Source: an uncultured Nitrososphaeraceae archaeon
GTDB taxonomy: Archaea; Thermoproteota; Nitrososphaeria; Nitrososphaerales; Nitrososphaeraceae
Assembly (NCBI GenBank): GCA_963779615.1
Contig: CAVZZA010000001.1
Location: 384,001 to 448,000, forward strand
Direction: 5' to 3'
Length of the DNA stretch: 64,000 nt
Notes under the pieces: model-generated
What the model was told of the DNA's origin: nothing
The model's database searches: none
Seen by the model: the letters and a program-made list of their open reading frames with translations, nothing else
Shown here: piece by piece, positions 42,363 through 51,927 of the stretch
Position numbering within the stretch: position 1 is the stretch's first letter
How the letters are laid out: every line of letters starts with the position of its first letter
Position numbers and translations under genes: made by a program

Positions 42363-42523
42363 ATAATTTTATTACCAAACCACGATATTTTAATTTGTGT
42401 CTTTAAAATTAGATTTCAATAACGAAATATTAAGAAACTATGCTTTTACTCCCTATCTATCCACTTTTACAATATGCAAAACTTGTGAGCAGGGCCAGAT
42501 TTAGCATAATGATTTTTTTTGGG

Positions 42524-42574
42524 TGAATCCGCGAGATGGGGTATAGGGTATATTAGAATCCCCACACTCCCTGC
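42524..42574 (+). repeat. att-like repeat, copy G (degenerate)
   Basis: TGAATCCGCGAG...GTATAGGGTAT...CCCACACTCCCTGC; both it and its downstream sequence are homologous to copy F. Confidence 0.65.
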
Positions 42575-42597
42575 TCTTCAAATGGGGTTTTTCCCAT

Positions 42598-42833
42598 ATG
42601 GGCATCATCAAAAAGGCAAAAACAGCAACAGTTGATTCTAAATACTAATCATGATAGTAAGATAATTCAAGTATCAACTGAAAATGATGACGAGGATTGA
42701 TAGAAAAACAGACTCGATTACAAAATCACTTCCAAGGCCTTATTTCACCAGGATTCCAAATGGGTTAGCAAAGGCCAATCCCAACAATGGTAAGGCGATT
42801 CATGATTATATTTTTGCCGGGCTGGCCGAACTT
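42598..42833 (+). pseudogene. second integrase N-terminal remnant
   Basis: MGIIKKAKTATVDS and IDRKTDSITKSLPRPYF...IHDYIFA are paralogous to the 30464-30840 remnant. Confidence 0.65.
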
Positions 42834-42859
42834 TTATTGCAAGTTCGGCCAGCCCGGCA
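42815..42859. repeat. perfect 19-bp inverted repeat with a 7-nt loop
   Basis: TGCCGGGCTGGCCGAACTT-TTATTGC-AAGTTCGGCCAGCCCGGCA. Confidence 0.95.
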
Positions 42860-42892
42860 TATCAGCAATTGCCTCAGCGTTATCGGTAACGG

Positions 42893-43846
42893 TCAATAAA
42901 GAATAGAAGGCATATAGGAGCCGGCCGGCTCATTATACATTCCAACTGTCATAAGGGTAAGCTGCTGAACCAGCCTTAGACCGTTGTCAAGGCACCATCG
43001 AAACAGATGGGTATTTCGACTTGGAATAAGGATACCTGGCCCTCCATAACTTTCAGTTGTAGAGGCAATGAGGGCCTTGAGGTCATCATCAGTAAAACCT
43101 ACAGAGTGGTTAAAGTATGTCAACCCACTGGTGTAGCCTGTAATTTTGTCCCCGTGTAGGACCACTTTGGCAATTCCCTGTTTTATACTGTCCATTAGCT
43201 CAACACTTCTGTCGTGGCCATGAATTGCTTTGCAGACTGCGTCACACGATTTCAAATCCGCTTCAGTTGCTGCCCGAACAGATCTTCCGGGAATTACTGC
43301 TTGGATAGGTTTTCCCTGCATGTTTGATATTGGCTCCCTGATTTCAAACCCTAAAATGGCATACAGAACTAGCGATCGGTTATGGTATGACGATTGGAGC
43401 AAACGTATGGACGGATAGTTTTTGTTTCTGGCTCTCTCCATCACATTGATCATTAACTGCCGACCTACACCTTTGTCCTGGAATTTTGGATCAACTGTTA
43501 TTGGTCCAACTCCTGCCACAATACTTGAGCGTTCATCCAAGAAGTTGCTTCCGATAACCTTATTGCTGTTTTCCCCAGCGTCTTCAGCAACTACAGAATA
43601 GGATCCAGGGCTAGACAGAAAAGAAGACGCCACGTGTATTCCAAAATCAACATTGGGGATTTCACTGGAAAAGCCATGCTTATCGGCGATCCCTGAAAAA
43701 GCCTCAAAAATTATTTTTCCGACCTCGTCCGCATCACCTATGACTCCAGGCCTTAGTCTTAAAGTGCGCTCGGTGTCGCTCATTAATACTCGAATTTGCC
43801 TATCCAAGGTTTTATTCTTTTTCTTTGCTTTTCCGGACCTGTTCAC
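42893..43846 (-). CDS. GNAT family N-acetyltransferase
   Basis: GSNFLDER, GVGPITVDP-FQDKGVGRQLM, SLVLYA-LGF, YMPSILY. Confidence 0.92.
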   Translation of the reverse strand: MNRSGKAKKKNKTLDRQIRVLMSDTERTLRLRPGVIGDADEVGKIIFEAFSGIADKHGFSSEIPNVDFGIHVASSFLSSPGSYSVVAEDAGENSNKVIGSNFLDERSSIVAGVGPITVDPKFQDKGVGRQLMINVMERARNKNYPSIRLLQSSYHNRSLVLYAILGFEIREPISNMQGKPIQAVIPGRSVRAATEADLKSCDAVCKAIHGHDRSVELMDSIKQGIAKVVLHGDKITGYTSGLTYFNHSVGFTDDDLKALIASTTESYGGPGILIPSRNTHLFRWCLDNGLRLVQQLTLMTVGMYNEPAGSYMPSILY

Positions 43847-44590
43847 AATATTTAATTCATTTTTATAAATCTGAAATTAATAAAATACCCTTGACTTTAT
43901 GCTGTCATTATTGAGCACCGAAATAAACAATAATTTGGACATCATACATAATATTGTGAATCTGCGCATTATCTCAAGTCTCAAGATACAAACTCAAAGT
44001 CAAGAATTAAACGTGCATAGAGACAAATTTTACCAGATGGAACCGCGGCCATGCGGTATGGCTTTCGAGTCCCGTTTTCAGATTAAAGAAAGTTTGTTTA
44101 AATGTGTTACAGGTTTATGAGACTATCCCACAACATTATCAATAATCCATAATAATGAAACAGACAGTTGTATTGCCAATAATACATGCTATATCCAGTG
44201 CCTGCTCACTAGAAGACACATTAAGCAATCGTACTAGATGAGCAAAAGGACAATCAAAACCGCAATTTCACTGGAGCCCAAACTCCAAGCATTATTTGAT
44301 TTGGGTATGGAATAACACCCATCTGTCTTGTTATCTATGGCTTTGATTTAGCACCTTCTATTATTTTGATCAATCCATTCCTAGGAAAAGGGTTTGGACA
44401 TACCTCCATCCTGATTGTTGTAATAATGCAGAATATACCTCAACAGTCATCTCCCTCCCAGATCCCCAATACATCATATGCATATCAAAAAGTTTCGAGA
44501 AATGCGCAGTTTTAGGATCTGGCACTAAATGTTCAACAATGAATACTCTTCCACCATCAGAGGATCCATTGTAAATGTTGGAAGGTATCT

Positions 44591-45633
44591 TTACGCATTA
44601 ATAGTATTGCCAAAGAAATTGGCGAGCTGTTTTATAACGAACTGTGGCTGCTCCTCTGGAATCCAGTGTCCTGAAAGCGGAACTATGATCCCGTGCACAC
44701 TTGTAGCCAGATAGGGATTGTAGAGTTTAACGTACTGCTTCCAGGAAGGTCTCCTCCCAAAGCTGGATATACATCACCAGACAGGACAAGTACAGGCATT
44801 GTAAGATTGGCTGTGGCTGCTAACTCCGTGTTGTCTTTTGCATCATGCGGGAAAGCTCTATAGTACTCAAAACCAGCACGCATGTCGCCTGGGGCAGAAT
44901 AGCGACTGACAAATTCGTCTGTGTTGGCTTGTTTAACAGCTGAGGGTCTGTACGCAAGGCATTTATAGAACCAGGAAAGGAACTCTTTTTCCTTGCCCTG
45001 TACAAGGGCTTCTGGCATGTCGGGTGTCTGATGAAAAGAAACCCACCAGCGTCCAGCACTCTCAGAGGGTGGTGCATGCATCCTGGGAAGGTAAAGTCCA
45101 TGATCACGTTTGCTGCATTGTTAGGATGGGCCGCGGCATACAAATAAGATGTCTGTGATCCTTCATTATGTCCCCCAAAGAGATTTCCTAAATCCCAATT
45201 GAGAAACTAACTGATGTATATCTTCTGCGGTAGTCTTACCGTCATAGCCCGTAAGTGGTTTTGAAGAGTCACCTAATCACCGTAAATCAGGCACTATCAC
45301 GGTACAATTTTTGGCCAAAGCTGGCATAACATGATGCCATCCATACCATGTTTGTGGCCAACCATGAAGCATGACTAGGCTCCTTTGCCACCTATCACGT
45401 AGCGCGAGGGGATACCGTTAACAGAAGCCATATGATGGGAAAAAGTCACATTGTCGATCTCAAAGGAGTTACCTTGCAAATTAGGTTGGTATTTTAGAAT
45501 GGAGGAAGTTTGGCTACCCTGTGACTGTTGTGCCATTGCAATCTGAGGCTGAATTGAACCAAGTTCAAATAGGAAAATGTAGTTAGAATAACAATAAAAT
45601 CACTGATTACTAAAAAGTATGATAAATTGACAT
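44591..45633 (-). pseudogene. alpha/beta hydrolase (epoxide hydrolase/dehalogenase-like), multiply frameshifted
   Basis: [41 protein letters not shown] fragments in different frames. Confidence 0.85.
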
Positions 45634-45796
45634 GGTCTGTTTTATGGCCCGCTCATGATTAAGTATAGACCCAATATATAAGAATACAACTAGCATAAGC
45701 AATTCCGTTTGCATTATCGTCGATAGAGATGATATTACCAATAGGATCATGTTTAGACGAATCAGTTCTCTCCTGGTGTGATCAAGTACAGCAAAC

Positions 45797-45831
45797 CATA
45801 AGTGTTATTATATTACGATATAACACTTATG
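45797..45831. promoter_or_regulatory. 12-11-12 inverted repeat, operator- or recombination-site-like
   Basis: CATAAGTGTTAT-N11-ATAACACTTATG. Confidence 0.5.
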
Positions 45832-46216
45832 TCAAGGCTATCAACACAGAATTCATTTCTAAACCTACCTGAAAGAATCCAATGCTTTCCCAATTATGCT
45901 ATCCCTAGGCCATTGTTCCCTTTTAATACCAACACTCATCATTTTTGACCTTTCCACTGGACTGTTCGTTGAAGTCTACTTTAGTCACGGCTTTTCTAAA
46001 TTAATAATGCTTTATTTAGGGAGTTAATTTATTGAGGTTTATTTTGCCTTTTCACTATGCTCTTTGAGTCACGACATGGCATATTCTCATTTATAATACC
46101 CTTCCATTAAGACAGAACTAGCATCCGATCCGCAAAAACTTTTAACGTTTTCCAGCATCAACATCACAAAATGATCAAGAACTTTATATTGGAAGGATCC
46201 CCTCATAATATTATAT

Positions 46217-46432
46217 ATGACTGGTGTAGCGAAAATAATCGAGATAGTTGGCAGTTCGGATACAAGTTGGCAAGATGCAGCACAAGTTGCATTAAATGAG
46301 GCAAAGAAGACAATACACGGTATAACTGGAGTAGAAGTAGGAGACATGACCGCAAAAGTAGATCCAAATAGTGGAAACATAACAGAGTATCACACAGCTG
46401 TTAAAATAGCATTTCGTGTAGAACATAAGTAA
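46217..46432 (+). CDS. dodecin family flavin-binding protein
   Basis: KIIEIVGSS-SWQDAA, A-KTI, EY-VKIAF. Confidence 0.92.
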   Translation: MTGVAKIIEIVGSSDTSWQDAAQVALNEAKKTIHGITGVEVGDMTAKVDPNSGNITEYHTAVKIAFRVEHK

Positions 46433-46521
46433 CCACTATAATAAAATCTCACTTTTCTTTTTTGTTTTGAATAAGTAATCTTCATTCACTTTTCTATAAC
46501 ATCTTTTCTTTTATTCTACTA

Positions 46522-46551
46522 CTACTGTATGCGTTATATGGATTCGAACCC
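46522..46551 (+). repeat. possible T-arm-like repeat, copy K (weak)
   Basis: TATATGGATTCGAACCC; resembles the copy D core but has no clear mirror arm. Confidence 0.35.
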
Positions 46552-46705
46552 TCTCTGCATTCTCAGAAAAGTAATTTTGAACAATATAAAAGGCTTTAGG
46601 CACTGCTTTTTCACATCATAATATGACGATCCATACCCGATAATTGCTAAAAATCTCTTTTTAATGAACAGTTTGTTTTTTTACAAGTGGATTGCAATGA
46701 TAATT

Positions 46706-46822
46706 ATGTATGAAAGCCAAAAGGTAAAATGTCCATCATGCGGTAAAATGTCCATATCTGAAACTAATGCTACATTATGTCCTTTATGTTCAGAGGAAGT
46801 CAGTAATATGAGTTCAGGTTAG
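46706..46822 (+). CDS. 38-aa CPxCG zinc-finger microprotein (not in the ORF track)
   Basis: MYESQKVKCPSCGKMSISETNATLCPLCSEEVSNMSSG*. Confidence 0.65.
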   Translation: MYESQKVKCPSCGKMSISETNATLCPLCSEEVSNMSSG

Positions 46823-47054
46823 TATTGTTTTAGTGTGCTAATAAGATAGTAATGGTCATAGTCATTAGTTTACAAAATTTTTTTAATATATTCAACAATT
46901 CAAGTCTTTTTTCTATATTATTTTTTGTGATTTAATTCATATCAAGGTTAACTTTTATCATCATCATGGAAGATTGGTCTCTTTTAGATATCGGTTATGA
47001 ATAGAACTTTGACATTCAATTATTTATATAAACAAAAATCTACAAAATTACAGG

Positions 47055-47350
47055 TTGTTGTCATTTTCATTTTCAGTCAGGTGCGGCTTCTGTCAATCTC
47101 AGAACGAGAACAAACAAACCATAACAAAAACTCCAGATGAACTATGGAGTTGGCACCATCTCCCCAAAGGCAAACCACCTGAAACTGTAGGCGGCCATAA
47201 ACCATACAAAAAGGTATTTTATTATATACTATCCACCCTAAGAATAGGATGCCAATGGAAGATGCCGCCTTGTGAATTGGATCTTTATTTCCAGGTTTGT
47301 CCTTGCAACAGATTTTAAAAAAAAATGGATTGGGCAAGAGACTGCATACA
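47055..47350 (+). pseudogene. IS5-family transposase N-terminal remnant (DUF4096-like)
   Basis: PDELW...LPKGKPPETVG...YILSTLRIGCQWKMPP resembles LYVLRTGCQWKMLP. Confidence 0.75.
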
Positions 47351-47364
47351 GACTCGATACCAAT

Positions 47365-47793
47365 CTACCTTAGATACTCATTTTGACTGATTTTTAACTT
47401 TCTTTCTTTGGCCAGTATTATTGCGGTTATTACAACATACGCTATTTGTGCTATTTCACATATGGCATCTACAACATCTATGTCTCCACCCCTTCCGTTA
47501 ACCGGGTTGCCTGGAAACCTTGTTATTACATAAAGCAGTATAAACGCAACGTTTCCTGCTATCCCTATATAATACCAAATCCCTCCCCATCGCTTTATCA
47601 TGGGTATCATCCAAAATACCTGGGCAATCCCCGAGCCCAAGAAAAACAGCGCAATTAGTGGAGAATTCAGCATTTTTGATGCTGCTATCAATGGCATATA
47701 GAGATGGACTATACCAGCTATTCCAGTAGCAACTGCGGCAGCAATAAAATAGTATTTAAGATTCGAAGAAGATGTTTTCATATCCCTACTCAT
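47365..47793 (-). CDS. membrane protein (4 TM)
   Basis: Hydrophobic helices, AGIVHL, WYYIGIAG. Confidence 0.8.
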   Translation of the reverse strand: MSRDMKTSSSNLKYYFIAAAVATGIAGIVHLYMPLIAASKMLNSPLIALFFLGSGIAQVFWMIPMIKRWGGIWYYIGIAGNVAFILLYVITRFPGNPVNGRGGDIDVVDAICEIAQIAYVVITAIILAKERKLKISQNEYLR

Positions 47794-47822
47794 CTTTTAT
47801 TATTTTTTTAAACATCAGTATT

Positions 47823-48428
47823 TTAAGACGATTTACCCTTGATTGGCGTATTTCCAAAGTGGTCGCTTGTTGTCTTTGGATCAACCATTACGCTAAAATC
47901 ACCATTAGAAGATAGGACTATGGTTACCGGTACGTTATCAACAGGCTTCTCTTTCATAGATATCGTCGCGGTACCATTATAGGTTGTGCCAGAGGTGCTG
48001 TTTACAGGATTTCCCACTATCTTAAAGTTAGATATGGTGTGGGTGTGTTTTGATGATCCATCTAATTTTGCCATACTAAATTGAGCATTGAAAACAGCAT
48101 TGTTTGAATTTAGGTCCGTGGAGTTCCATTTACCTTCAAGATTCCATGCTGGTTTGCCATCAGGGCCATTTTGCACGCTTGCAACAGTTCCAGTTTTATC
48201 TGCAGTAGTTGGGGTTGTGGTGGTTGTAGTAATGTTAGAAGGCGATGATGGTGATGATTGATTAACGTTTTGACCGAATGCATTATTATTAAAAGAAATT
48301 AGAGATACAGAAAGAACCATCAATATTGTTATTGGAATAGCCATTGATAGAAGGCGGTTATTCATCATTGATTTTTTCCCTAATGCCTTATTTGTACTCA
48401 TTATATTTGGAGTCATGACATTTATCAT
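47823..48428 (-). CDS. secreted hypothetical protein
   Basis: Signal peptide, Thr/Ser linker, HTHTISNF and HFGNTPI motifs. Confidence 0.8.
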   Translation of the reverse strand: MINVMTPNIMSTNKALGKKSMMNNRLLSMAIPITILMVLSVSLISFNNNAFGQNVNQSSPSSPSNITTTTTTPTTADKTGTVASVQNGPDGKPAWNLEGKWNSTDLNSNNAVFNAQFSMAKLDGSSKHTHTISNFKIVGNPVNSTSGTTYNGTATISMKEKPVDNVPVTIVLSSNGDFSVMVDPKTTSDHFGNTPIKGKSS

Positions 48429-48745
48429 TTGGTGAAAATATAGAGTTTATAATATTTAGTATTAGCGCAAGTTGGACTGCATAAATCTGACAAAAATTTC
48501 ATAAAAAGTCCGGTATGTTAGGATAGTATTCACAGAATTGACAAAGTTACTTCTTTAGGCATAACAAATTGAAACATATTTTCAGAATTAGTTGCTCTCC
48601 ATCAAGTGATGTTGAATGTTTTATCCTTTTTACCTGCAATTCAAATGCATTGTTTTTTTTTGACTGCAAAACAATGGAGCATTGCCATATCATTTGTCAC
48701 AATTTATGGCAACACCTTTACAAGGTAGAGTCTTTTTTTAAGTAA

Positions 48746-49669
48746 CTAATACACTTGAGTTAGTCTTTTGTTCACTTCTCTCTTTAACCATTCTTGGAAA
48801 AATGTTAATCTAGTTGTTATGAATATCTCTATTCTTTGCACTCCATTATACAGTTGCAATCTTGTTAGTATGCGATCTACTGTATTTACGCTAGCACAAA
48901 AAAATACCGCAAATATGACGTCATTATTATATACATTTGGCATGAACAACAGGTATTCTTCCATATCCTGGTAAATTGCGTTAACGACGTTCTGATAAAG
49001 AGATTTAGCTACATTTATTATCAGTGCAAACTCAATGTAGCCCACAAGGTGTATGGACGACATATCCCTCACTATGGTAAACTCTAAAATATGGTCTTCT
49101 TTCATTTTTTCAAACCATCTTGTCATAGTCCTAACAGATAATGAAGTCTTTTTAGCAATCTCCTTGATTTGCATTCTAGGGTTTGAAAACAGGCATTTAA
49201 TAACTTTTAAATCAGAACTCTGTATTTTTATAGAAACTGGCTTGTAGTTCACAAGTATAGTTTTCTCAATAACTGCTGGTTTAAGCACATCGCCCATTAA
49301 CCCAATCTTGTCTTCAGATCCACCTTTAATTGCAAGAACACATATGGATAACCCTCCCAGTTGCTTGGCATATACTAAAACCTCACCTAAAAGGTTCAGC
49401 TTGTTTATAACATTATCTTCCTTATTTATTTTGCCAAAATTCCGAATTGTCAATGAATATTCTTTTTCGTATCCAAATACTGCCGGGTTCACCCTAACTA
49501 TGAAGTCTTTTATTATGCCATTAGAAATCAATTTATTTACCCTGCTCTTTGCTGCATTGGGTGTTAGGCCCACAGATGAAGATATATTTCTATAGGAAAT
49601 TCTGCTATTCATAGAAAGCAAGATTATAATTTTCAAATCCAACTCATCCAGCACAGCCTTCCGTTGCAT
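48746..49669 (-). CDS. duplicated Lrp/AsnC-type winged-HTH transcriptional regulator
   Basis: LDELDLKII...SRISY...AKSRVNKL and a second DLKVI...NPRMQIKEIAK HTH. Confidence 0.88.
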   Translation of the reverse strand: MQRKAVLDELDLKIIILLSMNSRISYRNISSSVGLTPNAAKSRVNKLISNGIIKDFIVRVNPAVFGYEKEYSLTIRNFGKINKEDNVINKLNLLGEVLVYAKQLGGLSICVLAIKGGSEDKIGLMGDVLKPAVIEKTILVNYKPVSIKIQSSDLKVIKCLFSNPRMQIKEIAKKTSLSVRTMTRWFEKMKEDHILEFTIVRDMSSIHLVGYIEFALIINVAKSLYQNVVNAIYQDMEEYLLFMPNVYNNDVIFAVFFCASVNTVDRILTRLQLYNGVQRIEIFITTRLTFFQEWLKREVNKRLTQVY

Positions 49670-50002
49670 TTAGTTGCAGGTAACATGATAGACACCAATA
49701 AGAGTTTTGTTTTTTTTTAGAGTAATTACAATACAGGGAACAAACTATAAAGGCTCTTGATTTGCAAAAAATACAATTACAACCACCTACTACTTTCAAA
49801 TGATTTTGAACCGATAACTGTTACTTTTTATGAATAACAATCAAGGTAGGCCCTTTGGCACCTTCTGAAAATAGCGGCGAATAAGCAAATTTACCTGAAA
49901 GTAAGAATAAGGTGTTACTGGCGTATAACATAGTCATGGCTTTTTCAAATAATTTTTATTGTCAATCACTTAAACAGCAGTTTTCTATGTGACGGTAATG
50001 GG

Positions 50003-50272
50003 TCAGTCTGTTGCAGATTCGCAAACGTCTCTCGTATTGCTCTCTACAGACTTGCAACCGTCGATGAAACCTTTGTAGTAAGCGTCATCGCCACCTTCCT
50101 CTTCTCCACAATGGTCACGTGTTCCTTGACTAAATGGTCCGTTTTGACCGTCATCATACCCTGCAGCCCTACAACTATCTTTCCAGTAAGTTCCTGCGTA
50201 CACTGATGTTGTTGTTAATGCTGTTCCCATCAATATAGCCACAGCGACTGCTGCAATAGAGAGTTGTTTCAT
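50003..50272 (-). CDS. small secreted Cys-containing protein
   Basis: Start at MKQLSIAAV; AGYDDG, YYKGFIDGC, CESATD. Confidence 0.75.
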   Translation of the reverse strand: MKQLSIAAVAVAILMGTALTTTSVYAGTYWKDSCRAAGYDDGQNGPFSQGTRDHCGEEEGGDDAYYKGFIDGCKSVESNTRDVCESATD

Positions 50273-50723
50273 TACATTGTTGCTATGATGGGCTAACCAG
50301 ATTAATTTTATAACTGCAATAATCTTCATATGGCGGTCTTTAACCTGTCCTATCGTGAAGAGGGACAGGTACAGCCATTGCTCAGGTACCAAGAGCTTTG
50401 TTATAATGTAAGAAGTCTTCGGCACTGACATGAAATACAAAGATTTAGAGGATGCAAATAGGAATTATACTGCCGTAATTCAATTAAACAGTGCCTGAAA
50501 TTCCACATTTTGGGAATCCTTTGTAATCACTTGTTGTTCGGTCACGTCATTGTCTTTTCATGTAATTCTAAAAAAACTATTGCAATATTTAATCACTCAA
50601 GCAGGGGCCAGGAATTTGCCAGGCGATTTGAAAAGGAATTTGAAATGGCAAGAGTCATTATAATAGTCTAACATTGCATGTTGTGTCAGGATCTAACACA
50701 AATGTACCGAAATAAACTTTAAT

Positions 50724-51866
50724 ATGTTAAAAACAGATAATAATTGGATTAGTTTGCAAATTAAGGCGGGTGTTATCCCAACTATTGTCATATTTGGAAT
50801 GCTTGCCATAATCTCGTCTAATACATTCGCTAGTGGTGTCGATGGTAGCAAAGAAACAGAAAAACCAATAGCAGATTCCGCACAAAACCAACACACACCA
50901 AACACTGAGAAAAAGCTGAAAATAGCTTTTTTAACGGATGGCTTGTTTAGCGATGCAGGTTGGGGCGCATTCGGATACAATGCAGCACAGGCACTGCAGG
51001 GAAAATATTCCTATATGGTCGATCTTAAGGAAAACGTGCCTATCCCAAAGATAGAGGAGACATTAAGGGATCATGCTAAGGCAGGTTATGACGTAATAAT
51101 ATCCCATGGCTTTGAGTGGGGGGAGCCAGCGGTTAAGGTAGGTAAAGAATATCCCGGAACAAAGTTTGTAATCTTTACAGGGCTTGTCAACTCCAGCAAT
51201 GTGGCCTCTATATACCCGATGCAGCAGGAAGCAACATACGTATTGGGATCACTTGCAGCAATGATGTCAAAAACAGGCATAATTGGTTTTGTGGGTGGAG
51301 AAAGGTACCCTAACCTGCTTAACATTTTCGAAGGATACAGACAGGGTGCGCAGGACATTAATCCCGGCATAAAGGTACTCGCCACTTATTTGGATGACTG
51401 GGATAACCCCGCTAAAGGAAAAAGAGCAGCCATTTCTCAAATAGACAAGGGGGCAGACTTTTTATTGCACGTGGCTGACACCTCTGGCCACGGTGTTATT
51501 GAAGCTGCAAAAGAAAGGGGAATTTACGCCTTTGGCGCAATCTCTGACCAGAATAAATTGGCCCCTGAAACCGTACTTACATCATTTGTATTAGACGCCG
51601 AAAAGGCATTTGACCAGGTCATAAGATTGGTTCAAACAGGGAATTTCAGCGGGCAAATATTCAAGCCAGGACTAGAATTAGAAAAGGGAGCATCAGGGGA
51701 TGGCATCGTGCATATAGCCCCATTCCATAATCTTGATCACAAGGTTCCAGAAAACGTCAAGTTTAGGCTAGAACAACTAAAAGGAGACATTGTCAACGGC
51801 AAAATCAAAGTGCCTGAAAGATATCCCAATAACAATGGCAACTATATCGCCAATAACACAGGCTAA
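50724..51866 (+). CDS. BMP/PnrA (Med-like) substrate-binding protein
   Basis: GYDVIISHGFE, GIIGFVGG, WDNPAKG, GVIEAAKE, DQNKLAP; N-terminal anchor. Confidence 0.92.
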   Translation: MLKTDNNWISLQIKAGVIPTIVIFGMLAIISSNTFASGVDGSKETEKPIADSAQNQHTPNTEKKLKIAFLTDGLFSDAGWGAFGYNAAQALQGKYSYMVDLKENVPIPKIEETLRDHAKAGYDVIISHGFEWGEPAVKVGKEYPGTKFVIFTGLVNSSNVASIYPMQQEATYVLGSLAAMMSKTGIIGFVGGERYPNLLNIFEGYRQGAQDINPGIKVLATYLDDWDNPAKGKRAAISQIDKGADFLLHVADTSGHGVIEAAKERGIYAFGAISDQNKLAPETVLTSFVLDAEKAFDQVIRLVQTGNFSGQIFKPGLELEKGASGDGIVHIAPFHNLDHKVPENVKFRLEQLKGDIVNGKIKVPERYPNNNGNYIANNTG

Positions 51867-51927
51867 AACCTTTGACGCATGCCTATTTTGTTTTAATCCT
51901 TCCAAGGCATTTAAGCAGTGAAGTAAA

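Larger units (their letters stand above)
21032..47350. mobile_element. tRNA-Ser(CGA)-anchored accessory island (right boundary uncertain)
   Basis: Abrupt change to sparse accessory genes and pseudogenes; tRNA 3'-like repeats; integrase and IS remnants. Confidence 0.65.

Noticed and set aside
24665-46551. T-arm motifs as functional, split or permuted tRNA genes
   Set aside because: No acceptor 5' strand, D arm or anticodon arm can be built around them, and the T-stems are often broken.
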